A DNA stretch of 64,000 nt from assembly GCA_037441385.1 (NCBI GenBank), contig JBBISH010000021.1:1-64000 (forward strand), written 5' to 3'. The stretch comes from Myxococcales bacterium (GTDB lineage: Bacteria; Myxococcota_A; UBA9042). The number at the start of each line of letters is the position of its first letter. Position 1 is the first letter of the stretch. Shown here one piece after another: positions 20,405 through 30,638 of this stretch. The translations under genes and the position numbers were made by a program. The notes beneath the pieces are model-generated. The model did not search any database and had not been told where the DNA came from. It saw only the letters and a program-made list of their open reading frames with translations.

Positions 20405-21496
20405 ATGCAGTTCAAACCCAGTGACGACGACAAGATGCTGCTGGAGGCGGTGCGCGCCTTGGCCGATGGGGCGCTGCGCGAGGGCGCCGAAAAAGGCGAC
20501 CGCGACGGAACGGCGACGCCCAAGGCCCTGAAGCACTTGGTCGAGTTGGGCGCCTTTGGCCTGCAGGCTCACGACCGCCTGGGCGGTCTGGCGCTGGGCC
20601 ACGTGGCCACGGCCGCAACCCTGCAAGTGCTCGCGGCGGCGGACGCGGGCTTGGCGATGCTGCTGGTGCACCATGGCGCGGCGCTGGCCCTGCTGCAAAT
20701 GGCCGGCTTCGAGGGCAAGGTGCTGGCGCAACTGGCCAAAGGTCAGCAACTGGCGTGCTTGAGCAGCGGGGACCTGGGCGTCCATCCCGATGCCGTGCAA
20801 AGCCCGATTGCTGCTAGCGAAACGACGTCGGGTTGGGTCTTGAACGGTCGCCAAGGCTGGCTGCTGGGCGCTGGGCTGGCGCACCTTGCCGTGCTTCAGG
20901 CCGAGACGGACCAAGGCCCGCGCTACTTTGCCGTGGCGATGGATCACGCGGGAGCGGCGCGAGCGGCGGCGGGCGAGCAGTTGGGGCTGCGCTCGGCGGC
21001 TGCCCAAAGCCTGCAACTGACAGATTGTCCTGGCACATTGCTGGCCGCGGTGGACGATCGGGCGCTGGCGACGCAGCTGCAGGTACAAACCGCGGCCGTG
21101 GCCGTAGGGGTCGCGCAAGCTGCGCTCCAGGCGGCCTGCAAGTATGCCAATCAACGCGAACAGTTCGGCAAGCCGATCGCCGCGCTCCAGCCCATCCAGT
21201 GGCAGGTGGCCGACGCCGCCACCGCGATCGACGCCGCGCAACTCCTGATGCAGCAAGCGGCTTGGCAGCTGGAGGCCGGACACAAGGCGGCGGCCCAGTC
21301 GGCGCGTATGGCGTTGGTCAAGGCTCGCGAGGCGGCCGTGGCGGCCAGCGACAAGGCGATCCAGATTCACGGCGGCTACGGCTACACCAAGGATTTCCCC
21401 GTCGAGCGCGCCTACCGCGATGCGATGGTGCTGGGCGTTCTGCACGGATCGAGCGCGGCACACAAGGTGGCGCTGGTGCGGGCGCTGGTGGCCTAG
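20405..21496 (+). CDS. Divergent acyl-CoA dehydrogenase-family protein, probably non-catalytic
   Basis: REQFGKPI and IQIHGGYGY...VERAYRDA retained; catalytic IYEGT replaced by VLHGS. Confidence 0.85.
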   Translation: MQFKPSDDDKMLLEAVRALADGALREGAEKGDRDGTATPKALKHLVELGAFGLQAHDRLGGLALGHVATAATLQVLAAADAGLAMLLVHHGAALALLQMAGFEGKVLAQLAKGQQLACLSSGDLGVHPDAVQSPIAASETTSGWVLNGRQGWLLGAGLAHLAVLQAETDQGPRYFAVAMDHAGAARAAAGEQLGLRSAAAQSLQLTDCPGTLLAAVDDRALATQLQVQTAAVAVGVAQAALQAACKYANQREQFGKPIAALQPIQWQVADAATAIDAAQLLMQQAAWQLEAGHKAAAQSARMALVKAREAAVAASDKAIQIHGGYGYTKDFPVERAYRDAMVLGVLHGSSAAHKVALVRALVA

Positions 21497-21709
21497 ACCG
21501 CGGATCAATTTAGACTTTCTCCGCACATCCGCACCATCGAACTCGGCGCGGCGAGTCGCCGAAGGCACGCGCTTGGCGACCCACCTGGCCCAAAGAACCC
21601 TACACTGCGCCAAACCGATGACGTTCGACATCGGTCAGGCTGTCTAGTTTGCGTTGCCGGCTGGCTTGGGCTCGGCTAGACTCGGCATAGCGTACCGCAG
21701 CCAACGCCC

Positions 21710-24700
21710 ATGCCTGGCGCCGGCCCCCTTGGTGCGTTGTTTCGAGGCCCGATGCCCGCCGCATGCTCAAGCCGCCATGCGAACAACCGCCCGCTGGGCC
21801 GGGTGCAAAGTCTGGCATGGGCGGCCTGGGTGGTCGTGCTCGCGCAGGGGCTGGCACTCGGTCTGGCCAGCTGCGGCGATCCCCAAGAAGCCAAGCCACA
21901 ATTGGTCGCAACCGATACGGCGAACGCGACTTCGGACGCGGTGACGGCTGGTTTGGATGGCGACGCCAGCGGGCCAGGCACCGGGAGCGGCGACACCGCT
22001 CAGGCCGACGCCGCCGCGCCGGGCCCCTGCAAGACCAACAGCGACTGCGCCAACCCCACGCCGGTGTGCGACCCGCTGACCAATCTGTGCGCGCAGTGCC
22101 TATTCGACAGCGAGTGCGGCGGCGGCCAGCACTGCGACAACAAAGTGTGCACCACGGTCACGGTGTGCAAGAACTCGCTGGATTGCGCCACGGCGCAGGG
22201 TCCGACCGGCGCGGCGTTGCCCATCTGCGACGCGGGCTTGGCCCAGTGCGTCCAGTGCAGCAGCACGCAGGACTGCCCCGAGCACAATCATTGCCTGGGC
22301 CACACGTGCCAACCCTACACACCGTGTGCCAACTCGATCGACTGCGGCGCGGACCAGGTTTGCGACACTGACCAGGGCAGTTGCGTCCAGTGCCTGGGCG
22401 ACAATGACTGCGGCAAGAGCGAGTTGTGCGAGGGCGGAATTTGCCGGCCCTACGTGGCCTGCGCCAGTGACAAGCAGTGCACGCCATTGGGGATGCTGTG
22501 CGACGCCAAGCTGGGCAAGTGCAGCGAGTGCAAACAGCACAGCGACTGCCCGGACGCGTATCATTGCGCGCCCACAGGGGTTTCCGGCACCGGCCAGTGC
22601 GTGCTCGACGCGTGCAAGGCCGGCCTGGGCGCCTGCGTGGCCAACGCCAAGATCCTGTGCACCTTGGTCGGCGACGGCTACGGCGCTGCCGAAGAGTGCC
22701 CGGGCTCCAGCACTTGCACCGTCGTCGCCGGCAAGCCGACGTGCAAAGCATGGGCATGCCAACCTGGTGTGCACTGCCAGGGCGATGTGCTGGTCGAGTG
22801 CAGTGGCGACGGTTTCGCGGTCCTGGGCAGCCAAAACTGCACACTGGGCGGCCAACTTTGCGTGGCCGACGCGTGCCAAGATGCCGTGTGCAGCCCTGGC
22901 ACCCTGATTTGCCAGGGCAACACCGTCTCGCAATGCAGCGCCGACGGCCAGTCGGCCACCGCGGTCAAGCTGTGCGGCGCGACGCAGTTCTGTGCCGACG
23001 GCCTGTGCCAGGCCCAGATTTGCAGCCCGGGCAAGCCGGTTTGCGACGGCAACGTGGTCAAGACCTGCAACAGCGAGGGCTCGGGCGCCAGCACCGCCGC
23101 GGGCAAGGACTGCGGCGACCTCAAGTGCATCGGCGGCACCTGCAAGGCTCCCATCTGTGTGCCGAACAAGACGTTTTGCGAAGGCAACCAGATCCACATT
23201 TGCGCGGCCGACGGCTACTCGGGCGTATTGGTCAAAGAGTGCGGCAGCAGCGCCGTTTGCCAAGGCGGCTCATGCAAGCCGTTGATTTGCAAGCCAAATG
23301 AGTCGCTGTGCCAGGGCAATTTCGCCAACCTGTGCAACGCCACCGGCACCGACTTTGCCGGCCCAGGCGTCGACTGCGGCACCAGCAAGTGCGTCGCCGG
23401 CATGTGCCAAAACCAGCTGTGCCCGCCGGCCAGCCTCTTTTGCGAGGGTGGCAAGCTCAAGACCTGCAGCGCCGACGGCCTGAGCATCGGGAGCGAAAAA
23501 GCCTGCGCCAGCGGCACCTACTGCGGCGTCGGCAGCGATGGCACCGCCCAGTGCCTGGCCAACAAGTGCTCGCCAGGGGCGGTCAGCTGCAGCGGCACCA
23601 CCATCGTCGCCTGCAACGGCGAAGGCTCGGGCTACTTGCCGGGCGGCACCGACTGCGCCAGCAAGGGCCAGATCTGCGTGGGCGGTGCCTGCTCCAGCCT
23701 GCAATGCGATCCCAAGATCCTACTGTATTGCAGCGGCAGCGTGGTGATGATGTGCGACGGCAGCGGTATGAAGCCCACCGCCATCCAAACTTGCAGCAGC
23801 ATGGAGTACTGCAGCAACGGCACCTGCTTCGTCAAGGTATGCACCCCCGGCGCGCCGGCCTGCAGCGGCGACTTGGCCACCACCTGCAACGCGGTGGGCG
23901 ATGGCTACGTGGGCGCCAAGGTCGACTGCAAAGCCCAGGGCAAGGTGTGCAGCGCCGGGGCCTGCGTGTCGGTGACCTGCGGCGATGGCAAAGTCAACCA
24001 AAGCGGCGAACAGTGCGACGACGGCAACAAGACCGACGGCGACGGTTGCTCGCTGGGCTGCCAGGTCGAGGCCACCTGCAACCCCGCATGCCCTCTTGGC
24101 TTGACTTGCCAAAGCGACGGTAGCTGCGCCAAGCCCTGCAGCGGCGCGGATTGCGCGATCCAGGGCGGCGGCCTCTTGCCCAAACCGGTAGCCGGGCTAA
24201 TCCCCAGTGGCGCCGGCGTGAGCATCGCGGGGGTAGCCATGGGCGCGCAACTGCCCAACCTGTGGATCGCCAACTCGCCCAACAATACGGTGTCACGGGT
24301 CGACACCAAGTCCCTGCAGGAGATCGGCCGCTACAACGTCTGCCCGGACCCCTCGCGCACCGCGGTCGACTTCGACGGCAACGCCTGGATCGCTTGCCGC
24401 GGCGACGGCGCCGTCGCCAAGATCATCGCGAACAAGAAATCCTGCGTCGACAAGAACGGCAACGGCAGCATCGAGACCTCGACCAACAGCCAGCCCGTGG
24501 CCAACGACGAATGCATCCAGTTCATCGCCCAGCCCAACAAGGGCACCTATGCGCGCGCTATCGGCATCGACCGCGACAACTACCCGTGGGTTGGCTACTG
24601 GAACACCGCTAGCCTGGTGCGCCTGGACAAGGACACCGGCGCCAAACTGGACGACATCGCCCTGGGTTGCCAGCCCTACGGCCTGGTCATCGACCAGCAG

Positions 24701-25567
24701 GGCACGATCTGGTTGCAGGGCGCGGGCTGCGGCGGTCTGATCCGCGTCGACCCCGCCACCAAGACCGTGACCAAGAAGGATCAGTTGCCCAGCCTTGCTT
24801 ATCCAGCGGGCGCCTACGGCATCAATGTGGACCCCAAGGGCCGCATCTGGGTGGCCGCCGGAAACTCGGCCTCGGTCTACACACCAACCACCCAGCAATG
24901 GAAGGTCGTCAACATGCAGTGGGGAGGCGGCCGCGGCCTAGCGACCAGCGACGATGGCAACATCTACGTCGCGGTGGACGGGTCGGGCGGTGCGGTCAAG
25001 ATCAACGGCAACGTGGACCCGCCGCAAGTGGTTGGCTTCATGAAGGGCGCGGGTGGGCCAGTCGGCGCGGCCCTGGACTACGACGGTTTTGTCTGGGTGG
25101 TCAACCAGAGCGGGTCGAGCACCACCAAGCTGGACCCCAAGTCCATGGCCGCCGTGGGCAGCGTGCCGGTCGGCAACTCGCCGTACACCTACTCGGATAT
25201 GACCGGCTACGGGCTGCGCTTTGTCGGGCCGCAGGCCAAGCAGGGCAGCTGGGTCAGCACCTTCTACGTGCCCACCGCGCTGGGCCCCTACGCCAGCGTC
25301 AGCCAGGTCAGTTGGACCGCGATCAGCGTGGATGTCAGCGTACCCAGCGGCGCGACCGTGCAGCTCAAGACCGCGCCGACTCAGGCGACCTTGGCGCAGA
25401 TGAGCTGGAGCGCGCCGGTTCCGTTTGGCGGCGGCAAGGCATTGAACCTGAGCGCCGTGGGCGCAGTCACGGGGCCGTGGCTGCAGGTGCAAGTGACGAT
25501 GCAGAGCGACGCCAAGAACGGCACGCCGGTGTTGCAGGGCGTGACGGCGACGGCGACCGTCAAGTAG
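21710..25567 (+). CDS. Large Cys-rich surface lipoprotein with a myxobacterial disulfide repeat and a C-terminal beta-propeller; start uncertain (21752 or 21803 possible)
   Basis: Lipobox LASC; Cys-dense repeats; CGDGKVNQSGEQCDDGNKTDGDGC (DUF4215-like); LWIAN...PSRTAVD...PYTYSDMTG propeller. Confidence 0.82.
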   Translation: MPGAGPLGALFRGPMPAACSSRHANNRPLGRVQSLAWAAWVVVLAQGLALGLASCGDPQEAKPQLVATDTANATSDAVTAGLDGDASGPGTGSGDTAQADAAAPGPCKTNSDCANPTPVCDPLTNLCAQCLFDSECGGGQHCDNKVCTTVTVCKNSLDCATAQGPTGAALPICDAGLAQCVQCSSTQDCPEHNHCLGHTCQPYTPCANSIDCGADQVCDTDQGSCVQCLGDNDCGKSELCEGGICRPYVACASDKQCTPLGMLCDAKLGKCSECKQHSDCPDAYHCAPTGVSGTGQCVLDACKAGLGACVANAKILCTLVGDGYGAAEECPGSSTCTVVAGKPTCKAWACQPGVHCQGDVLVECSGDGFAVLGSQNCTLGGQLCVADACQDAVCSPGTLICQGNTVSQCSADGQSATAVKLCGATQFCADGLCQAQICSPGKPVCDGNVVKTCNSEGSGASTAAGKDCGDLKCIGGTCKAPICVPNKTFCEGNQIHICAADGYSGVLVKECGSSAVCQGGSCKPLICKPNESLCQGNFANLCNATGTDFAGPGVDCGTSKCVAGMCQNQLCPPASLFCEGGKLKTCSADGLSIGSEKACASGTYCGVGSDGTAQCLANKCSPGAVSCSGTTIVACNGEGSGYLPGGTDCASKGQICVGGACSSLQCDPKILLYCSGSVVMMCDGSGMKPTAIQTCSSMEYCSNGTCFVKVCTPGAPACSGDLATTCNAVGDGYVGAKVDCKAQGKVCSAGACVSVTCGDGKVNQSGEQCDDGNKTDGDGCSLGCQVEATCNPACPLGLTCQSDGSCAKPCSGADCAIQGGGLLPKPVAGLIPSGAGVSIAGVAMGAQLPNLWIANSPNNTVSRVDTKSLQEIGRYNVCPDPSRTAVDFDGNAWIACRGDGAVAKIIANKKSCVDKNGNGSIETSTNSQPVANDECIQFIAQPNKGTYARAIGIDRDNYPWVGYWNTASLVRLDKDTGAKLDDIALGCQPYGLVIDQQGTIWLQGAGCGGLIRVDPATKTVTKKDQLPSLAYPAGAYGINVDPKGRIWVAAGNSASVYTPTTQQWKVVNMQWGGGRGLATSDDGNIYVAVDGSGGAVKINGNVDPPQVVGFMKGAGGPVGAALDYDGFVWVVNQSGSSTTKLDPKSMAAVGSVPVGNSPYTYSDMTGYGLRFVGPQAKQGSWVSTFYVPTALGPYASVSQVSWTAISVDVSVPSGATVQLKTAPTQATLAQMSWSAPVPFGGGKALNLSAVGAVTGPWLQVQVTMQSDAKNGTPVLQGVTATATVK

Positions 25568-27368
25568 CGGTGGGGGGCATCGCCCCGGCCCCCGGCAACC
25601 GCGCCAGCCAGAACCCCTCTAGCACCTCGTCGACCTGCCCGCCGTACGCCACCGCCATCTGCCGCGACGCCTGAACCAACGCAGTACGTCGGACCCCTGC
25701 GTCCCGCAGGTTCGTATTCCGCAGGAGGTCCGCGGCCTTCTGCCAGGCCTGGCGGTCGCCGGGCAACGGCAAGGCGGCCACCTGCTTGGCGCTGAGCTTG
25801 AGCGCGGTCGCCGCCAGTGCCGTTCCCGCGTGGCGTTGCCAGGCCAGCGCCGACACGGTCGCACAGCACAGAACCGCAGCAAGGCGCCAGACATCCAGAG
25901 GATCGTGGGGAATGACCGCCAAGGTCGGCGTGGTGTTCAGCCACTGGCCAGCCGCGTCGACCGCCGCCTCGATGACCTTGCTTTGCGTCGCCACCACCAA
26001 CTTGGGCACGCGCCGTCGCTCGGCCCACTTGGCCAGCTTGGGGCAACCGGCGCGCAGGCGGGCGAGATCCACGGCCGGGTAATGGAACTCGGCTTTCGCG
26101 AAGCGGATTTTCAGGGCACCCCAGCGGCAAACCAGCGGATCGATATGGCTCGTCACCAGCAGCGGGGCCAAGTCGGCCGCGGACTGCGGCGCCTCGATCA
26201 CGTAGGGTTGGATGCCGTAGTACTCGTCGCGGAAATCCGCGGTCACCTGGGCAAGGTCGCCGACCAGGCCGGCGTCTGCCACTGCCACTGCTGGCACGCC
26301 CAGAGCCGCAGCCAACAGCGGCGACCACGATGGTCCCGGCGCCTGGGCGGTCAAACGCTGATCTTTATAGAGAATTTGCACAGTCGCCGCAGCCGTCGCC
26401 CCAGCAGTCAACAGGGGTGCGCAAACGTCGACCGCGGCGCCGCCAAAGTCCACCGCCAGCCCCAGAAAAACGGCCTGCAACGGCGCACGCGCGCTCAGCA
26501 ATTCCCGCACACCCTGGGCATCGCGGGTCGACAGCAGGCTCAGCGGTTGCAGCAGCGCCAACCGCCCGTCCGGGCGCAGCCAGTCCAAACTGCGGGCCAA
26601 AAACAGGGCCGAAGTATCGGTATACGGGCCCACGGCCCCGCCCAGCTGCTGCAGCACCCGGGTGTGGTCCGCCCGCGACCGCACCGTCGCGGCCTTCAGT
26701 TGCCCAAGAAACGGCGGGTTGCCCACCACGGCCGCCATAGGCACCGGCGGCTGCAACAAGAAATCCCCCTGCCACAACACGGGTTCGCCCTGCCCTTGCG
26801 CCAGCCAGCGTAGCGAGGCACGGCACACTTGCAGCGCCGCGGGTTCCAGGTCGCAACCGTGCAGGCTCACCATGGTTCTTGGCCACGGATCCGGCACTTG
26901 CAGACTCTGCCACGCCGCGTGCAGCCGCTCTGCCGCCGCAACCAAGAACGCGCCCGCGCCACAACTTGGGTCCAGCACGCGCACCGCCGCCAGCTCGGCC
27001 CGCGGGTCGCTGGCCAAGAGGGCCCGGTCGATCAGCGGCTGCAACGCCCAGTCCAAAAGCGTGGCCACCAGCGCAGTGGGTGTGTAGAAGGCTCCCAAGC
27101 GCGTGCGAGCACTGGCATTTTCGCCAGCTTCGGCCAGCTCAAGCCAGGCTTGCAGCAGCGCGCTCCAGCGCTCTGGCCCAGGCTGCGACCACGCCCCGCT
27201 CGCCGGCAGCAGGCGCGCAAGCCAGGAATCGTCTTGGTGAACTTGGCAGTCGTGCTCGATCAGCGCTGCGACCAAGGTCCGATGACGCACGCCGGGATCC
27301 ACTTGCGGCAGGGCCGCCCAGACCGCCGCCGCCAACTTGCGCAGGGCTTTGAGATCGCGGGCGTTCAC
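25560..27368 (-). CDS. Orphan N6-adenine DNA methyltransferase (gamma class, TaqI/Eco57I-like)
   Basis: GAFYTP, VLDPSCGAGAFL (motif I), GNPPF (motif IV), C-terminal PKLVVA target-recognition-like region; no nuclease motif seen. Confidence 0.85.
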   Translation of the reverse strand: MNARDLKALRKLAAAVWAALPQVDPGVRHRTLVAALIEHDCQVHQDDSWLARLLPASGAWSQPGPERWSALLQAWLELAEAGENASARTRLGAFYTPTALVATLLDWALQPLIDRALLASDPRAELAAVRVLDPSCGAGAFLVAAAERLHAAWQSLQVPDPWPRTMVSLHGCDLEPAALQVCRASLRWLAQGQGEPVLWQGDFLLQPPVPMAAVVGNPPFLGQLKAATVRSRADHTRVLQQLGGAVGPYTDTSALFLARSLDWLRPDGRLALLQPLSLLSTRDAQGVRELLSARAPLQAVFLGLAVDFGGAAVDVCAPLLTAGATAAATVQILYKDQRLTAQAPGPSWSPLLAAALGVPAVAVADAGLVGDLAQVTADFRDEYYGIQPYVIEAPQSAADLAPLLVTSHIDPLVCRWGALKIRFAKAEFHYPAVDLARLRAGCPKLAKWAERRRVPKLVVATQSKVIEAAVDAAGQWLNTTPTLAVIPHDPLDVWRLAAVLCCATVSALAWQRHAGTALAATALKLSAKQVAALPLPGDRQAWQKAADLLRNTNLRDAGVRRTALVQASRQMAVAYGGQVDEVLEGFWLARLPGAGAMPPTAT

Positions 27369-27859
27369 GTAGCCAGCTCGTCGGCAAAGACCACGTCAGC
27401 GCGCGGGTAGCTGGCCGTGCGGCCAGTCGGCAGCTTGACCCGCACCTGCTGCTCGCGGGCGATGAGCGCGGTGGCCAGTGCGGTCGCGCGGTCGCCGGTG
27501 GGCAGGAGCACAGGTCGGCCTGCCACGGCGTAGTCCAGCGCACAAAACTCAATCGGCTCGGGCCGTTCCTCTTCGCGTGTGCGCAGCCACACCTGGTCAA
27601 AATCGCGCTCGCCTACCTTCCAGGTCCAATCGCCCACGCTGTCGTCGCGGCGACCGGTGACCACCAGCGACACGCGATCCTGGACTTGCAGCGTCGCCAC
27701 CACATCGTTCCAGGCCGCCTGCGCGGCGGTCTCTAGCTCCAAATGGCGGCGGTGCTCGTACAGCCAGTCGGCCGTGCGCAACACCAGCGACCGATCGCGC
27801 GGCCCGTCCAGCGCCAACCAGTCGACCAGGTCGGCGAGGTGAAAACGACTGAAATCCAT
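27365..27859 (-). CDS. Hypothetical protein (164 aa)
   Basis: Fills the gap between permease and methyltransferase; GTGA overlap with the MTase; no family recognised. Confidence 0.6.
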   Translation of the reverse strand: MDFSRFHLADLVDWLALDGPRDRSLVLRTADWLYEHRRHLELETAAQAAWNDVVATLQVQDRVSLVVTGRRDDSVGDWTWKVGERDFDQVWLRTREEERPEPIEFCALDYAVAGRPVLLPTGDRATALATALIAREQQVRVKLPTGRTASYPRADVVFADELAT

Positions 27860-27865
27860 AGAGAC

Positions 27866-29143
27866 CTACGTGTGCGACAGCGCTTCCACCGGCCGCAGCA
27901 ACGCCGCCCGCCACGCCGGGTACACCGCCGCGATCGTCGCCCCACCGCAGGCCAGCAGCACGACCAGCAGCGCCTCGGGCCAGGTCACAAACGGGTGCAG
28001 ATGCAGCAACCCGCCGCCGGGCGCGGTGAATTCGATGCCGCGCTGGCCCAGCGTTCGCACGATCAGGGTGCCACCGGCCAGGCCTGGCAAAGCCGCAGCC
28101 GCCGCAATGATGGCGGCTTCGGCCAAAATCAGCAGCACAATCTTGGACCTGCGCATTCCCAGGGCGAGCATGACGCCGATCTCGCGGGTGCGCTCCAGCA
28201 CGCTCATCAGCATGGTGTTGACGATGCCTAGCAGGGCCACCACCATCAAGATCGCCGTGACAATGCCCAACACGCGGTCCTGCAACGCCGTCGCCTCGGC
28301 CACGGTGCGCGCAAGGTCCTTCCAGGTCGAGATTTCGTAGTCCTTGCCCAACGCCGCTTGCAGCCGATCGCGAACCGCGTCGACCTGGGCGATGTCCTTG
28401 ACCGACACGGCCAACTCGGTCGCCTTGCCTTCCATGCGCAGCAGCTCTTGCGCGTGGCGCAGTTGCAGCACCCCCAAGCGCGTTTCCAGCCCCGGCGAAC
28501 CTGGCAGACCGTTCAGCCCCACTACGTGCGTGTCCACGGCGTTCAGGCTGCCCTCGCGGTCGTTGCTGAGCACGGCCACCCGCCCGGCGTCGCCCGCGTC
28601 GATTTTCGCGCCCAGCCGGCGGGCCAACTCGGCCGACAGCACCAGGCCGTCCTTCTCGTCGGGCTTCATCAACCGCCCCGAGGTCAGGCGATCCGGCCGC
28701 AGCGGGCATACTTGCGCCTCGGCCGCGGGGTCGATGGCGGTGAGCAGCGAAAAGGTGGTCTGTTCGCCCACCGACACCAGCGCACCAAAGGCAATGCGCG
28801 GCGCCACGGCTTGCACACCCTCGACGGCGCGCACCTTGTCCAAGAACGCCTGATCCGCAGCAAAATCCAGGTCCAACGGCGTGCCGATGATCTTGGCCAG
28901 GTAGCCAGCGCGGTGAATTTGAATGGCGCCAATTTGCGAGGCAATCGCCTCTTGCCGAAGGGCTTGCTGCAGGCCGTTGAGCGCCCCGCGCAGCGAAGTG
29001 ACCGCCAGGACGCCCAAGAGCACCGACAGTCCGGCCAGCAGGGCCCTGCGTTTGTTGTGGCCGATGTTGCGCGCGGCAAGCTGGACGAGCCGCAGCACCA
29101 GCCGGAATTTCGAGGTCGACGGGACGGCGGCGGGCTGGGACAA
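27866..29143 (-). CDS. ABC transporter permease, FtsX/MacB/LolE-like
   Basis: LAARNI..NKRR N-terminal TM, large periplasmic domain, GIVNTMLMSVLERTREIG, PAWRAA..PVEAL. Confidence 0.92.
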   Translation of the reverse strand: MSQPAAVPSTSKFRLVLRLVQLAARNIGHNKRRALLAGLSVLLGVLAVTSLRGALNGLQQALRQEAIASQIGAIQIHRAGYLAKIIGTPLDLDFAADQAFLDKVRAVEGVQAVAPRIAFGALVSVGEQTTFSLLTAIDPAAEAQVCPLRPDRLTSGRLMKPDEKDGLVLSAELARRLGAKIDAGDAGRVAVLSNDREGSLNAVDTHVVGLNGLPGSPGLETRLGVLQLRHAQELLRMEGKATELAVSVKDIAQVDAVRDRLQAALGKDYEISTWKDLARTVAEATALQDRVLGIVTAILMVVALLGIVNTMLMSVLERTREIGVMLALGMRRSKIVLLILAEAAIIAAAAALPGLAGGTLIVRTLGQRGIEFTAPGGGLLHLHPFVTWPEALLVVLLACGGATIAAVYPAWRAALLRPVEALSHT

Positions 29144-29168
29144 ACGGCACCCCCAGGGCTGGCGGCGA

Positions 29169-30638
29169 TTACGGTTTGGTTGCGCTGGGTTCAGCGGGCA
29201 ATGGCGCCGCGGGCCCGGCTGCGTCGGCAGCGAGAAGCGGCGTCACGGCGGCTTGGAAGTCCTCGGCATCGGGGCCGACCAGCCGCCGCATTAGCTTGCC
29301 ATCTTGACCGAAGACGTCGATGACGGGCAACCCCGGCGCGTCGGGCAGGAATTTCGCCCACTCGGGCGGCTCCCAAGCCGTAGCATCCACCCGCGCCACT
29401 GCAACCTGCGGATGTTCCTTGGCGTACTCTTCTAGCCGCGGGCCCAGCTTCATGCACGGCGCGCACCACGTGGCCCAGTAATCCACTAGCGTGATCTTGC
29501 CGGGCACGACCAACGCAGCGATCTCGGCCACTTGTGCGGCCTTGCCGATCACGGCCGTGGACGGCGGGGGCGGCGGCGCTGGCTTGGCGCCAAAGCCGAA
29601 CGAACCCGACACCGTCATGAAAAAGGCCGTGTTCTGTACCGCTTGCTGGCCGTTCACGTACTCGTAGGCCGGCTGACGCGCCGCCAGGGTCACCGAGATG
29701 CCGTCGATCGGCGTGGAGCTCACGCTGGGCGTCAGGTACAGGGCGGTGCCCCCGCCGTTGGGATAGGCGATGCGGTCGCCGCTCTCTGGCGAGAGGTAGG
29801 TCGCGTCGCCGCGGTGCTGCAGGTCGGCACTGGCTGCCACACTCAAGTACTTGTCGATGATGGTAAAGCGGGCGCCCAGGCTGCCGCGCATCTCGGAACC
29901 CCAGCCAAAGCCGTCGACCGCGTAGCCCAACGGCTGGCGGTACTGGACGTTGCCGTAGAACATCAGCCGGGTCATGGCGGTGTAGTTCGCGTCCAGATCG
30001 CCGATCAGCCACCACACGCCGCGGCCGATCGACACGTCGCGGTTGCCGGTGGCGTTGGGGTCGCTCTGGCCGGCGATGTAGGTCTTGGAAGCCCCCGGCG
30101 CCGCCAGGTACTTGCCGGTGTTGGCCACCACGCCAAAGGTCGCGCCAAGCCGCGGACCGCTCAGGCTCAGCGCTTGCGACAGATCTTGTCGCAACCGCAC
30201 TTCGGTGTCGGCCAGTCCACTCTCGGTCACGCCCTGGCTGTCATTGCGCTGGAACTGGATGAAATTGTCGTCGCGCCACAGGCTGACCCACGGCACCACC
30301 ACGGTTAGTCCCGTGCCCCACGGCGAGTCCACACCGGCGGTCAACGTGACCAGGCGCATCTTGACCTGCAATTGCAGGTAGTTCTGCACGCTACTGGGTG
30401 GGCCGGTATAGGGCACCAGCTGCGACCCTTCCTTCAGGGTGTCGATCGTGGAGTAGTAGTACAGCAAACCGGCGCGCGCCCGCCATTGGCCTTGGCCGGC
30501 ACCGTTGTCACTCGAAACGTTCAGGGCGTCTCCCACCGGGAGCGACGGGTTGGTTCAGGTGGCACATTGAGCCCAAACGGGCCCAGCGCTTCCCAGCACC
30601 AGCGTCGCTACGGCGATCACCCATAGGTGACGCAACAT
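29169..30638 (-). CDS. Predicted selenoprotein (Sec at codon 28, CATU): signal peptide, outer-membrane beta-barrel-like domain, C-terminal thioredoxin domain (489 aa)
   Basis: AAGGAA SD (30650-30645), ATG 30638, MLRHLWVIAVATLVLGSAGPVWA-QCAT, in-frame TGA at 30557-30555, then continuous into the 455-aa ORF; amphipathic strands ending FMTVSGSFGF; Pro linker; DYWATWCAPC. Confidence 0.75.
30527..30554 (-). promoter_or_regulatory. Candidate bacterial SECIS element
   Basis: mRNA UGA-ACCAACC-CGUCGCUCCC-GGU-GGGAGACG: bulged 8-bp stem with a G-initiated GGU apical loop 17 nt after the UGA. Confidence 0.6.
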
